This document shows positions 19,739-29,657 of a DNA stretch of 59,659 nucleotides, in pieces. The stretch is taken from positions 1 to 59,659 of the forward strand of contig CAIWCR010000010.1 of assembly GCA_903911245.1 (NCBI GenBank), in the 5' to 3' direction. Below the pieces are notes generated by a model. It saw nothing but the letters and a program-made list of their open reading frames with translations. It was not told where the DNA came from and ran no database searches. This DNA is from an uncultured Parcubacteria group bacterium (lineage in GTDB: Bacteria; Patescibacteriota; Minisyncoccia; UBA6257; 2-01-FULL-56-20). Position 1 is the first letter of the stretch. Each line of letters begins with the position of its first letter. The position numbers were made by a program, and so were the translations under genes.

Positions 19739-20548
19739 TGCTTTCCCCGCTAAAAAATTTTTTATAATTTCTATCGTCTTTTGAGGACGATTCAAAACAA
19801 TAATGTGGTCAATGTCATGCATAATGACGAGGTTTGAGTTCTTTATTTTTTCCGCCATCGCTTTTCCATATTTAACAGGGAAAATAGTATCTTTTGCACC
19901 ATGAATAATAAGCGTTGGAATTTTTATTTTTTCTAAAATTTTCTCGCCCGCAAAATTACACGTATGCGCCACTGCATAACAATAAATCCAAAATCCGGTA
20001 TTTGTTATATCCGCAACAGTTCTTTGCACGTTCCAATCTCCTGTATTCAAATACTTTGAATAATCTATATGTCCTCCCTTGTTCTTGGATAAAAATGTCG
20101 GCTTTCTCTTTATTATAAAAGCGAGAAACGGTTTTATAATACGCATCGGCCACATTTTATTAACCGCAAAATGAGGACCTATGAAAATTGCCGAAGAAAC
20201 CATTTTTTGATATTTCCCAATAAAATCAATCGCAACCAGTGCTCCAAAAGAATTGCTTATAATGATGCATTTTGAAACGCCACAATATTTCAGAAGCTCG
20301 CGGAGATCGTCAGAAAATTTTTCAATCCTATAATCTTCATATCTATTAAATTTAATCGATTTGCCGTGGCCACGAAGATCAAGTGAAATAACATTATATT
20401 TTTTTTCAAAGGCGCGCTCATATACATGCCACGCAGAAGAACTACCCGAAACGCCATGCACAAAAAAAAGTGTTTCTTTTTGTGGATTAAAAGTATTACA
20501 TCGATAATAAAGTCCGCGCTTCTCAAAAAAGAATTCACGCATGGTCAA
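19733..20548 (-). CDS. Alpha/beta hydrolase
   Basis: FVHG, DLRGHGKS, SNSFG nucleophile elbow and IIHGAKD. Confidence 0.88.
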   Translation of the reverse strand: MTMREFFFEKRGLYYRCNTFNPQKETLFFVHGVSGSSSAWHVYERAFEKKYNVISLDLRGHGKSIKFNRYEDYRIEKFSDDLRELLKYCGVSKCIIISNSFGALVAIDFIGKYQKMVSSAIFIGPHFAVNKMWPMRIIKPFLAFIIKRKPTFLSKNKGGHIDYSKYLNTGDWNVQRTVADITNTGFWIYCYAVAHTCNFAGEKILEKIKIPTLIIHGAKDTIFPVKYGKAMAEKIKNSNLVIMHDIDHIIVLNRPQKTIEIIKNFLAGKAL

Positions 20549-20564
20549 TATAATTGAAACAGTT

Positions 20565-21764
20565 TTATCGTTTCCCTAAAACCGAATAATATAAATCTTC
20601 AAGACGAGATGCGCTTCGATCAATATCAAAGTTTTTGCTATTTTTTAGACTTTGCTGGCCAAGCGCCTTCAATTTCTTTTCGTCAGCCAATAATGAAATT
20701 GCCTTTTGAGCACAGTCATGAACATCTTCTGGCTTGAATAATAATCCGTTTTTATCTACAAAAAATTTTGAAGCGCTGTTGGGAGCGTCGGCAATAAGAA
20801 TCGGAGCACCGCATGCCATTGCTTCAAGAACCACCATTCCTTCAAGCTCCGCAAGTGACGGCAAACAGAAAATATCGCATGCGTTGTAGGCAATCACAAG
20901 ATCCTCTCCAGCAATCCTCCCAAGAAAGAGAATTTTTTCCTGAAGCCGCATTTTTTTCACCAATGCTTGAAGCTCTTCTTTTTGGTGACCATCCCCCACA
21001 ATAAGAACTATTGCATTCGGCTGTTTTTTTAATATTTCAGGAACTGCCTTTATAAGCGTGGTAATACTTTTTTCAGGATGCAAACGCCCCACAAATAAAA
21101 TATGTTTGTTTTTATGGGAAAGATTATATTTCTTGAAAAAAGATTCGGAATTTTCTGGCTTGAAAAATGAGATGTCAACGCCATTAGTTATCACTTCATA
21201 TTTCATACTTGCATCCATTTTAGGAGATTTTTCTCTTGCAAATTCCGTAGGATACACCAAGGCGTCGGCACTCTTATACATCCATGCAAGATAATCAGTA
21301 AAAAGAGCACTGAGCTCATCGCGCCCCAATATTTTCGGAACATGCAAAAAAACATTTTCAGCCTGAGTATGAGAATGCATCACCACTTTAATACCTAAAA
21401 GCTTTGCAGCTTTTACAAAAGAAAAATTCGCTCCGAATGGAATAATAATATGAACAATATCAATATGCTCCTTCTTGAGAACCTTTTTTGCTTCTTCGAT
21501 TGTCGGTAATGCAAGATAAAACTTTCCCTCAGTCTTTGGAACAAGCACTGATCTGAACCGATATGTTTTTATTCCATTTACATCCCCCGAGGCTTGCGGC
21601 GTTTTTGCGCCTATAAAAATCACCTTATGCCCCTTTGCCGATAATCGCTCAGCAAAACGCCACGTCGATACCACACTCCCCGCAGTATAATCGATAGGAT
21701 CGCACACCATCGCAATATTTAGTTTTTTTCTCGCCTCGGTTTTCTTTTTCATAAGTGTTTTCAT
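20565..21764 (-). CDS. Glycosyltransferase family 4 (diacylglycerol glucosyltransferase-like)
   Basis: FVGRLHPEK, PSLAELEGMVVLEAMACG and ITNGVD motifs. Confidence 0.9.
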   Translation of the reverse strand: MKTLMKKKTEARKKLNIAMVCDPIDYTAGSVVSTWRFAERLSAKGHKVIFIGAKTPQASGDVNGIKTYRFRSVLVPKTEGKFYLALPTIEEAKKVLKKEHIDIVHIIIPFGANFSFVKAAKLLGIKVVMHSHTQAENVFLHVPKILGRDELSALFTDYLAWMYKSADALVYPTEFAREKSPKMDASMKYEVITNGVDISFFKPENSESFFKKYNLSHKNKHILFVGRLHPEKSITTLIKAVPEILKKQPNAIVLIVGDGHQKEELQALVKKMRLQEKILFLGRIAGEDLVIAYNACDIFCLPSLAELEGMVVLEAMACGAPILIADAPNSASKFFVDKNGLLFKPEDVHDCAQKAISLLADEKKLKALGQQSLKNSKNFDIDRSASRLEDLYYSVLGKR

Positions 21765-21799
21765 TATAGCAAGAAAAGATATCCTCGTCTAAAACAGAG

Positions 21800-22435
21800 T
21801 TATCCTTGAAACTGTTCGTAGTCCTTTATTTTCTTTTCAATTTTCTTAACACCAGTACGCTTATAAAAAATAGTAATAATGATTGCAAGTACCGTAATAG
21901 CTAAAAATGCGGCAAAATAATTCAAATATTTCGCTATTGATACATAAGCACCGCCGAAGAAAATACCGATAACCAAAAAAAACATCGATTGAATAATGGT
22001 AATAAAGGTGCATGTTTGAAAATAATGCTTATAAGGAATCTTAAGCGAGCCAGCGGCAAGGAGTCCGGTAAAACCAACGCCATGAAAAAGCTTTGACAAA
22101 ACAACTGCCTTTCTATGATTTCCTTTGAAATAATCTTCGGCTTGGTCCATTTTTTCTCTCGTGACACCAAAACGAGATCCATATTTAAGAATATATCCTC
22201 CGCCCCAATAACCGGCAAAATATAGCATTGCGTCACCAATTATATCGCCTGCGACGACCACGGCATATACTATAAATGGATCCATCAACCCCAAACTTAC
22301 CAAAAAACCACCAACAACCGTGGCAATAGGACCTTCTATGACTGAAAAAGGAAGAAGGATAGGATACCGATATGCAAGAAGAAGCGCAAAAAATTCATTA
22401 AGAACCATAGACATCATAATAACATAAAACGACAA
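21800..22435 (-). CDS. DedA/VTT family membrane protein
   Basis: IEGPIATVVGGFL and GDIIGDAMLYFAG pattern. Confidence 0.8.
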   Translation of the reverse strand: MSFYVIMMSMVLNEFFALLLAYRYPILLPFSVIEGPIATVVGGFLVSLGLMDPFIVYAVVVAGDIIGDAMLYFAGYWGGGYILKYGSRFGVTREKMDQAEDYFKGNHRKAVVLSKLFHGVGFTGLLAAGSLKIPYKHYFQTCTFITIIQSMFFLVIGIFFGGAYVSIAKYLNYFAAFLAITVLAIIITIFYKRTGVKKIEKKIKDYEQFQG

Positions 22436-22490
22436 AGAGAAAAGAGAGAATAAATGACAAAACAGGCCTGTTTCATGTATACTCTTTCAT

Positions 22491-23384
22491 ATGGATTACT
22501 TAATAACAGAAACAACCCCGAGTAGCGGCTACGAGCTTCTGGATAGCGGCGACGGAGAAAAGCTTGAGCGATATGGCGATATTGTCATGTCACGACCCGA
22601 TCCACAGGCGCTTTGGGAAAAAAGACTATCCCAAGACGACTGGGATAGGGCAAAGGCGCAGTTTTCCCACGCAGCAAAAAGCGCACGATGGGAGCTATCC
22701 CCCGATGTTCCCCCAAAATGGAAAATTGATTTTGCTGATTTGTCGTTCATGATACGTCCAACCGCATTTAAGCATACTGGATTATTCCCCGAACACGCGC
22801 CAAACTGGCAATGGATAAGTGAAAAAATAAAGAATGCAAAACGGCCAATCTCAGTTATTAATCTTTTTGGCTACACCGGCGGAGCAACCATCGCCGCAGC
22901 AAAAGCAGGCGCAACTGTCTGTCATGTTGATGGTTCACGCGTCGCCGTTTCGTGGGCGCGGGAAAACGCTGAACTTTCGGGGCAGAAAGATGCGCCAATA
23001 CGATGGATTATTGATGACGCACGAACCTTTTTAAAACGAGAAATAAAACGAGGAAAACAATACGATGGCATCATTATTGATCCGCCAGCGTTCGGCCATG
23101 GACCAGATGGTGATCTCTGGAAAATCGAAAATGACTTTCTTCCGTTTCTCGATTTTTGTAAAAAAGCCATGAGTGCTGATCCCCTTTTCTTTTTAATCAA
23201 TGGCTACGCATCAGGATATTCCGCTATCGCTTATAAAAACAACCTTGAAACGCTCATGATGGATAAAAAAGGAACAATTGAAATAGGAGAGCTCACCATA
23301 CGAGAATCCGATATTAAAGAAGAGTCTTCCCGTAAAAAAGGTCGTCTTTTGCCATGTGGAATATTTTCTCGATGGAGCAACTAA
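22491..23384 (+). CDS. Class I SAM-dependent (RlmI/RlmK-like) methyltransferase
   Basis: YELLDSGDGEKLERYG, NLFGYTGG and IIIDPPAFG motifs. Confidence 0.85.
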   Translation: MDYLITETTPSSGYELLDSGDGEKLERYGDIVMSRPDPQALWEKRLSQDDWDRAKAQFSHAAKSARWELSPDVPPKWKIDFADLSFMIRPTAFKHTGLFPEHAPNWQWISEKIKNAKRPISVINLFGYTGGATIAAAKAGATVCHVDGSRVAVSWARENAELSGQKDAPIRWIIDDARTFLKREIKRGKQYDGIIIDPPAFGHGPDGDLWKIENDFLPFLDFCKKAMSADPLFFLINGYASGYSAIAYKNNLETLMMDKKGTIEIGELTIRESDIKEESSRKKGRLLPCGIFSRWSN

Positions 23385-24046
23385 AAGTTCTTTATGAAGA
23401 TAATCATCTTATTGCCGTTTGGAAAGACGCTGGCGTTTTGACGCAAAGCGATCGATCGGGTATTCAGTCACTTTTTGATAAAGTAAAAATATATCTCAAA
23501 GAAAAATATAAAAAACCGGGGAATATTTTTCTTGGACTCCTCCATCGCCTCGATCGACCAGTTGCTGGTATCATTCTTTTTGCAAAAACAAGCAAGGGGG
23601 CAAGTCGCCTTTCCGAACAATTTCGCGAAAGAACATTGTCAAAAAAATACTACGCCGTAGTCGAGGGATCGTTCTTTCAAAAAAACGGTGCACTTGTTCA
23701 TATGATAGAGAAAAGAGAAACAATGAACGGTGGCCAGCGAGCCAAAATAATGAAAAATAGAGGCGATCGCGCCGAGCTTTCCTACGAAACAATTCGCAGT
23801 TCAAAAGATCGCTCTCTTCTCAGAATCAATCTCAAAACAGGGAAATTCCATCAAATTCGCGCACAACTTTCCGCCGAAGGACATCCAATTATAAACGACA
23901 TCAAATATGGCGGACATCAGGCTCCTCAATTCCCAGAGGACGCCGTTGCACTTGCCGCATGCGAATTATCATTCACAACAGCAACTGATAATAAGTACAT
24001 TTCCCTAAGACGGCCCTATCCAAAAGAGTGGGACACGATAGTATAA
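23372..24046 (+). CDS. RluA family pseudouridine synthase
   Basis: LYEDNHLIAV, HRLDRPVAG and TGKFHQIRAQL motifs; start taken at MEQLK. Confidence 0.92.
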   Translation: MEQLKVLYEDNHLIAVWKDAGVLTQSDRSGIQSLFDKVKIYLKEKYKKPGNIFLGLLHRLDRPVAGIILFAKTSKGASRLSEQFRERTLSKKYYAVVEGSFFQKNGALVHMIEKRETMNGGQRAKIMKNRGDRAELSYETIRSSKDRSLLRINLKTGKFHQIRAQLSAEGHPIINDIKYGGHQAPQFPEDAVALAACELSFTTATDNKYISLRRPYPKEWDTIV

Positions 24047-24048
24047 TG

Positions 24049-24672
24049 TTATCGATGAAATCCCAAATCAGCGGGATTGTGTGCGCCTGAAACCCTTTCT
24101 ATTACGCCTCCGTCTTTTTCAAAAACATCCCTCATCTCAGCAACCTCATGCGCAAGCTGAACCGTTTCTTCGGGTAATTCTTTACTCTTAATACGCCCCC
24201 GAGACCAATACTCAATTACAAGCTTACTATCGCCAAAAATGTTTTTGATCCCATCTTTCCTTGCAATCACCAGTGCATACCGCAACGCCAAAAGTTCGCC
24301 ATAATTATTGGTTGCTCCTGCGTTTCCCACCAAATGTTTACCGAAACGATTCAGTTCTTTCGAGGTAAGTGCCTTATGAAGTAGATTTTTTCCTTTTTCG
24401 TCGGTCACGCTTATTTCAACGCCATCACCCCTGCCGGTTCCTGCATCGAAATAAATACCCGACTCGAGCCTCTTTGCTGGAATTGCCGGCTTCGGATCAT
24501 AACGAGCGCCATCATCAAGCCATCGCTCCGCATCTTCCTTACTTAGGAATCCACGATAACGAGCACTCGCCTTTCCCGAAACAATTTTTTCACATTTTTT
24601 CCAATCGTCCGTCACTCCGGTCGCACCGCCGGGTATCGTGTAGGCATAATATTTTTTCTTTGCTTTTGTCAT
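24049..24672 (-). CDS. Ribonuclease HI with N-terminal viroplasmin (hybrid-binding) domain
   Basis: KYYA..WKKCEKIVSG..YRGF N-domain; YFDAG, TNNYGEL, FGDSKLV and NPADLG acidic motifs. Confidence 0.85.
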   Translation of the reverse strand: MTKAKKKYYAYTIPGGATGVTDDWKKCEKIVSGKASARYRGFLSKEDAERWLDDGARYDPKPAIPAKRLESGIYFDAGTGRGDGVEISVTDEKGKNLLHKALTSKELNRFGKHLVGNAGATNNYGELLALRYALVIARKDGIKNIFGDSKLVIEYWSRGRIKSKELPEETVQLAHEVAEMRDVFEKDGGVIERVSGAHNPADLGFHR

Positions 24673-24675
24673 TGA

Positions 24676-25635
24676 TTACGCATTAAATTTTTTCACAATT
24701 TCCAAAGCGGCACACTCCGCTTCTTTTTTAGAATTAAATGTTCCACCGCCTACATTTTTATGCCCACCCGCACCAGGAAAATGCTTCTTCAAAAAATTTC
24801 CTATATGAATATTTTTTTCTTGATGATGCCATGGATTAACGCCAAAACTCAATATAAAAGAACCGTTTTTTCTTGTAATGCGCACAGCATATAAAAGATT
24901 GGGCCAAAGATAAAATGGGGCATAACGCAACAATTTAAATTTATTCTTAGGTAATGTAATAACGCCGATTACTCCATATATTTTTGAGTTACGCTTATAA
25001 TATGCCAAACCAGCTCTTACTTCTTGTTGATATTTTTGAATACACTTTTTGATCATTGAATCATTGGTAATCGATCGAAGCGATTGCTCGATGAGTGCGT
25101 TAATAAACCATATATCCCTTTTGGCAACGCGAGGATCTTCGGTATATATCTCTAATTGAAGAGCAGACTCTTTTTTTTCTATCGTCTGCTTTGCAGAATC
25201 GTAACGAGCGGCATCAATCACATCAAGCCATCGTGCAAGCTCCTCAATACGCACCGAAGGAGAATATCCACCTTCTTTTTTAAGCGCATCCATTACAAGG
25301 TGGCAACACGAAAAATAATTCGGTTTCCATTTTTGAAATTTTGATTGTCTAAATTTCTTTTTCCAATCTTCCTTTCTGAACGCCGTTGAATGATGATCGA
25401 ACCAAAATACCGCTTTCGGATGATACAAAAAATCAAGAACGATTACTGGATTTCGCTTTCCGCTAAAAAGCCTATGGGTTTGGAAAAAACGTTCTTTAAC
25501 CCATTCATTCTGAATGCTGAAATCAACCGGAGTATAATGTCCGACGTCATCACCACGCGAACGCAAAAAATCGAGCATCACCGCTGCTGATGCTCGCCCA
25601 TCAAAATCATCATGAAAATAAATATCGTAAAGCAT
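24676..25635 (-). CDS. DHH/DHHA1 family phosphoesterase
   Basis: HDDFDG, FDHH and GGGHKNVGG motifs. Confidence 0.85.
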   Translation of the reverse strand: MLYDIYFHDDFDGRASAAVMLDFLRSRGDDVGHYTPVDFSIQNEWVKERFFQTHRLFSGKRNPVIVLDFLYHPKAVFWFDHHSTAFRKEDWKKKFRQSKFQKWKPNYFSCCHLVMDALKKEGGYSPSVRIEELARWLDVIDAARYDSAKQTIEKKESALQLEIYTEDPRVAKRDIWFINALIEQSLRSITNDSMIKKCIQKYQQEVRAGLAYYKRNSKIYGVIGVITLPKNKFKLLRYAPFYLWPNLLYAVRITRKNGSFILSFGVNPWHHQEKNIHIGNFLKKHFPGAGGHKNVGGGTFNSKKEAECAALEIVKKFNA

Positions 25636-25641
25636 TAAAAA

Positions 25642-26769
25642 TTATTTTTTCTTTAATGCTTCAATCCCAGGAAGTTTTTTTCCTGCCAAAAAATCAAGCA
25701 TTGCCCCGCCGCCAGTCGAAATAAAACTAAATTTTTTATCAAGGCCGTGCTTTTTGAGAAATGCTACCGTTTCCCCTCCTCCCACAATCGAAAACGCACT
25801 ACGATTTTTTATAATCGCACGAGCAACAGAAGCGCTGCCATGTTCATATGCCCTTTTTTCCGTCATCCCAACAGGGCCGCTCCAAATGATTGTTTTTGCA
25901 TCAGAAATAATAGTACTGAATTGTTGCGCCGTTTTCACGCCAATATCAAATATTGCATCCCCTTTCCAAACGCAATCCTGAGGAAGTATCACTTTTTTAT
26001 ATTTCGATATTTTTTTGAAATCCTTCTTATCGCCCGCATCATTATCGGCAATGGATTTTTGAATGTCATATCCACGAAGACGAAGCATGGTATTTGCCGA
26101 ACCACCGCCCAAAAGAAACCAATCAGCTTTGTTTTTAAAATATTGAATTATGCCAAGCTTGTCCGCAGCCTTTGCGCCACCAATAACAAAAATAAGAGGT
26201 CGATGCGGCGCTTTCATAACTTTCCCAAGAGATATGATTTCTTTTTCGAATTCGAGGCCGGCATAGCTTGGCAAGATTTTTGTAATCGCGACAATCGAAG
26301 TGTTCGCTCGATGAGAGACAGCAAAAGCATCATTCACATAAAAATCAGCGCATGTCGAAAGCTGGCGAGCAAGCGACGCATCATTCTTTTCTTCACCTTT
26401 TAAGAAACGAAGGTTTTCTAAAAGAAAAATCGATCCGCGCGGAGCAGTAGTAATAATTTTCTTTATTTCTACAAAACGAAAATGGGGAATAAAGATAATT
26501 TTCTTTCCCAAAAGGCGTGAAAGGCTTTCTGCATCCCTTTTTAAATTTAAAGATTTTTCAAAACCAACCGGTATACCATTCACGATTTTTCCGCCCTGTG
26601 GTCTTCCACGATGGCTTATAATGACGATCTTTTCGCTCGTTTTCAAAAGCAATTGTATCGTCGGAAGAACTGCTCTCATTCTCCAATCATCTTTTGTATT
26701 AAAATCAAGCCTCAAAAGAGCTGTTCCCCTAAACATCTTTGAATTTGTCGTTCGTAAAAAATGAATCAT
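25642..26769 (-). CDS. pgk: Phosphoglycerate kinase
   Basis: RLDFN, SHRGRP, LLENLRF, VNDAFAVSHR and ISTGGGAML motifs. Confidence 0.96.
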   Translation of the reverse strand: MIHFLRTTNSKMFRGTALLRLDFNTKDDWRMRAVLPTIQLLLKTSEKIVIISHRGRPQGGKIVNGIPVGFEKSLNLKRDAESLSRLLGKKIIFIPHFRFVEIKKIITTAPRGSIFLLENLRFLKGEEKNDASLARQLSTCADFYVNDAFAVSHRANTSIVAITKILPSYAGLEFEKEIISLGKVMKAPHRPLIFVIGGAKAADKLGIIQYFKNKADWFLLGGGSANTMLRLRGYDIQKSIADNDAGDKKDFKKISKYKKVILPQDCVWKGDAIFDIGVKTAQQFSTIISDAKTIIWSGPVGMTEKRAYEHGSASVARAIIKNRSAFSIVGGGETVAFLKKHGLDKKFSFISTGGGAMLDFLAGKKLPGIEALKKK

Positions 26770-26807
26770 ATTAATTCAATAATAATAGCATATCAGATTT
26801 CAAAATT

Positions 26808-29186
26808 TCATTCTCGCAATCTTCTGTGAATATCCTCTTCCACAACATTTCGATCAGCGCCATATTTTATACGCGAATATTCTTTTATTTTCGAAGCGAG
26901 ATTACGATCTCCGCCTCCCCATGATTTCGTGCCGATACGCATATTAAATGGATTTGAAGTTTGACCGTTAATAAGAAGTTTCACGTGAGCATTCGCATTA
27001 TCAATATTCATAAGATCGTTCTGATTAAATGTCGGCGTAAATTGTTTAACAAGAAATTCTGCATCATCGGCGCCAACACGGAAAATAATCTGCGAACCGA
27101 CATTGCCAAAAACAGAATCCTTAATCTTATCAATAAGCTGGGCAATAAACTGATGCGCGATGATAAGATTCAATCGATATTTTCGCGCTTCGGAAAGAAT
27201 TGTCGAAATCGAATCGGTCGCAAAATTCTGGAATTCATCAATATAAAGATTGAAGTCGCGGCGCTCATTCGTAGCTGCAACGTCGGCGCGAGAAAGCGCC
27301 GCCATCAAAATCTTTCCTGTAAAAATCATTCCCAAAAGCGAAGCGTTAATATCGCCAATGCGCCCCTTTGAAAGATTAATAAGTAAAATTTTTCCGCTAT
27401 CCATCGCTTCGCGGAAATTAAACGCCGACTTCTCCTGACCGATAATCGGCCTCATATAATCGTTCGAAATAAAATTATTGAACTTGGATGTGATATACGG
27501 CGTCATATTCGCAAGCGATGCTTCGCCACCAGCTTTTGCCGCTTCCTTCTGCCAAAAATCGATTACGACGGGATTGTGAATACGAGCGAGTTTCCGTGCA
27601 CGATACTCAGGATCAGTGAAAACGCGCGGAACTTCGGTAAACGTCGCTGGTTCATTTGGTAGGTCCTCCATAAGAAGAAGAAGCGCGTTTCGCATATATT
27701 GCTCGAACATCGGCCCCATTGTTTCCGGTGGAAAAAGCTTATTGAAAATACTTTGAATCTCATTCACGATGAAGGTCTTTTCCTCAGGGCGATCAAAATT
27801 ATAATCGAGCATATTAAGTCCCATGGGACGCTCAATATCTGCAGGATTGAAATAAATAACATCGTCCATGCGTTCTTTAGGTACAAACCCAAGCGCGTTT
27901 TCCACAAGATCACCGTGCGGATCGATTATCGCAAGCCCTTTCCCTGCCTGGATGTCTTCAATAATCATATTGCCAAGCAGCGTCGATTTTCCGGTACCGG
28001 TCTGTCCAAGAATATAAATATGGCGGCGGCGATCTTCGTCGCCCATATAAACTGATTTCAGTTGTCCACGAAAAACGCTTTCACCAAGAAGCAGGCCGTG
28101 GGTCGACAGATTCGATGGTGGTGGCGATTCTTTTGACTTCAACCACTTCACACGCGGAGTCTTTGTTGAAGATATTGGAAAATGATAAAAACTCGCAATT
28201 TCTTCCGCGGAAAGAACCATTATTTGAGAAGCATTGAATGAACGGAAAATAAAATCATCAATCAGCTTTTTTGAATTGCGGGGTTTTATGATTTTGAATT
28301 CATTTCGCTCCGGAGAACTAAATTGATTGAATCCCGCAGCAAGGCCATTCAAAATATCTTCCGCCTGAAATGACGAACCCGCCGACGCAACAAGGCGCAC
28401 ATTCACTTCAAAAAGAGGTTTTGCGATTTTGGATTGCAAGGCTTTCACTGCCTCTTCATCAACAATTCGCTCTTTCTTCTCTTCTGTCTCTTTTGAGGGA
28501 TTTATAACGTGCCATATTTCCGAAAATGAAAACGGAAATTCGTGTTGGAAAACGCGTTTCAGTGACTCCCCCTTTTTCAAGGCGGTGATATATCCATGAA
28601 GTCGTTTTTTTGCATCTTTCTTTGCCGGATGTACCACGACTTGAATGGCCGCTCCTTCTCCGATTTCATTAATCTTCGCAAGCGCACCAATAACCGACTC
28701 AAAAGAATCGGCTCCAAGATCAGCATATGTCTTCACCGGCAAAGCATAATTTTCCTTTTGGGAAAGATAGGCCGCTGCCACGGCTCCATGCGCATTGAAA
28801 ATAGTAAAATCATCCTGAACTAATGTTACACTCGCTCCGCTCCATAATCCTTGAATCTGTTTCATAGCAACTTCACTTGAAAGCTTTGGAACTGAAATAT
28901 AAAAATGAATCTCTTCGCCAACATGTGGCACCGCAATTTCAAATGCAAATGGTTTTTTAAAAGCAGAAAGTCCTGAAAGAAGCTGTTCGAAATGCACCAA
29001 TTCAAGCTTAAAATCCCCCCTTTCCGAACTGTCCGCTTTCTCATCGGTTCCTGTCCTCGGAATTTTAATAAGGAAAATTGACGACTGGAGTGAATCAAAA
29101 ACCCTCTTTCGCGAAGCGTGGCGAAACATAAAAAAGATCGCAACACCAGCAAAAACAAGAGTAATAAGAAAAAGAATGATGTACAT
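26808..29186 (-). CDS. VirD4/TraG-like P-loop ATPase with N-terminal TM
   Basis: HIYILGQTGTGKST, IIDPHGDL, LYIDEFQNF and LSEARKYRL motifs. Confidence 0.88.
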   Translation of the reverse strand: MYIILFLITLVFAGVAIFFMFRHASRKRVFDSLQSSIFLIKIPRTGTDEKADSSERGDFKLELVHFEQLLSGLSAFKKPFAFEIAVPHVGEEIHFYISVPKLSSEVAMKQIQGLWSGASVTLVQDDFTIFNAHGAVAAAYLSQKENYALPVKTYADLGADSFESVIGALAKINEIGEGAAIQVVVHPAKKDAKKRLHGYITALKKGESLKRVFQHEFPFSFSEIWHVINPSKETEEKKERIVDEEAVKALQSKIAKPLFEVNVRLVASAGSSFQAEDILNGLAAGFNQFSSPERNEFKIIKPRNSKKLIDDFIFRSFNASQIMVLSAEEIASFYHFPISSTKTPRVKWLKSKESPPPSNLSTHGLLLGESVFRGQLKSVYMGDEDRRRHIYILGQTGTGKSTLLGNMIIEDIQAGKGLAIIDPHGDLVENALGFVPKERMDDVIYFNPADIERPMGLNMLDYNFDRPEEKTFIVNEIQSIFNKLFPPETMGPMFEQYMRNALLLLMEDLPNEPATFTEVPRVFTDPEYRARKLARIHNPVVIDFWQKEAAKAGGEASLANMTPYITSKFNNFISNDYMRPIIGQEKSAFNFREAMDSGKILLINLSKGRIGDINASLLGMIFTGKILMAALSRADVAATNERRDFNLYIDEFQNFATDSISTILSEARKYRLNLIIAHQFIAQLIDKIKDSVFGNVGSQIIFRVGADDAEFLVKQFTPTFNQNDLMNIDNANAHVKLLINGQTSNPFNMRIGTKSWGGGDRNLASKIKEYSRIKYGADRNVVEEDIHRRLRE

Positions 29187-29212
29187 TAAAATAGGAATGA
29201 TCTAATGAATTA

Positions 29213-29629
29213 TCACTTAATAATCCCCCGCCTTTGTAGTTCGGGATAAAGCTTTCCCGCTAAAGCATCATGAAATACGTCCCGAACGAAAGCCGGCGAT
29301 TTATCTCCTTCGGAAAGCGCCTTTTCAAGTCCATGATGGAATACAAGATCAATAAGGTATTCTATTTCCAGTTTCACTTCCGGCGCCGCGTTCTCCGCAT
29401 AATTCGGCAATGGACTTTGCGCATTCGTTTGTGCCTGGGATTGAGAAGCCGATGCAGAAACGATATTGTGTTCAGGCCGCGGAAATGCACGAATCGCTTC
29501 TTTCAATAATTCTTTTTCAGAAGCATCTTTCATTTCTAATCGATCACGATGACTTTCAATTTCTGCCGCTAAGCGACGCATATCCGATTCTAGTGCTGTA
29601 TATTCAAATGAAGATTTCTGATTATCCAT
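29213..29629 (-). CDS. Hypothetical protein
   Basis: 138-aa ORF co-oriented directly upstream of the ATPase gene. Confidence 0.7.
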   Translation of the reverse strand: MDNQKSSFEYTALESDMRRLAAEIESHRDRLEMKDASEKELLKEAIRAFPRPEHNIVSASASQSQAQTNAQSPLPNYAENAAPEVKLEIEYLIDLVFHHGLEKALSEGDKSPAFVRDVFHDALAGKLYPELQRRGIIK

Positions 29630-29657
29630 AAAAATTCAAAGATGTTATAATAAAAAC

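Noticed and set aside
26808..29186. VirD4-like ATPase as a marker of a conjugative element
   Set aside because: Embedded among housekeeping genes, with no relaxase, T4SS or integrase nearby.
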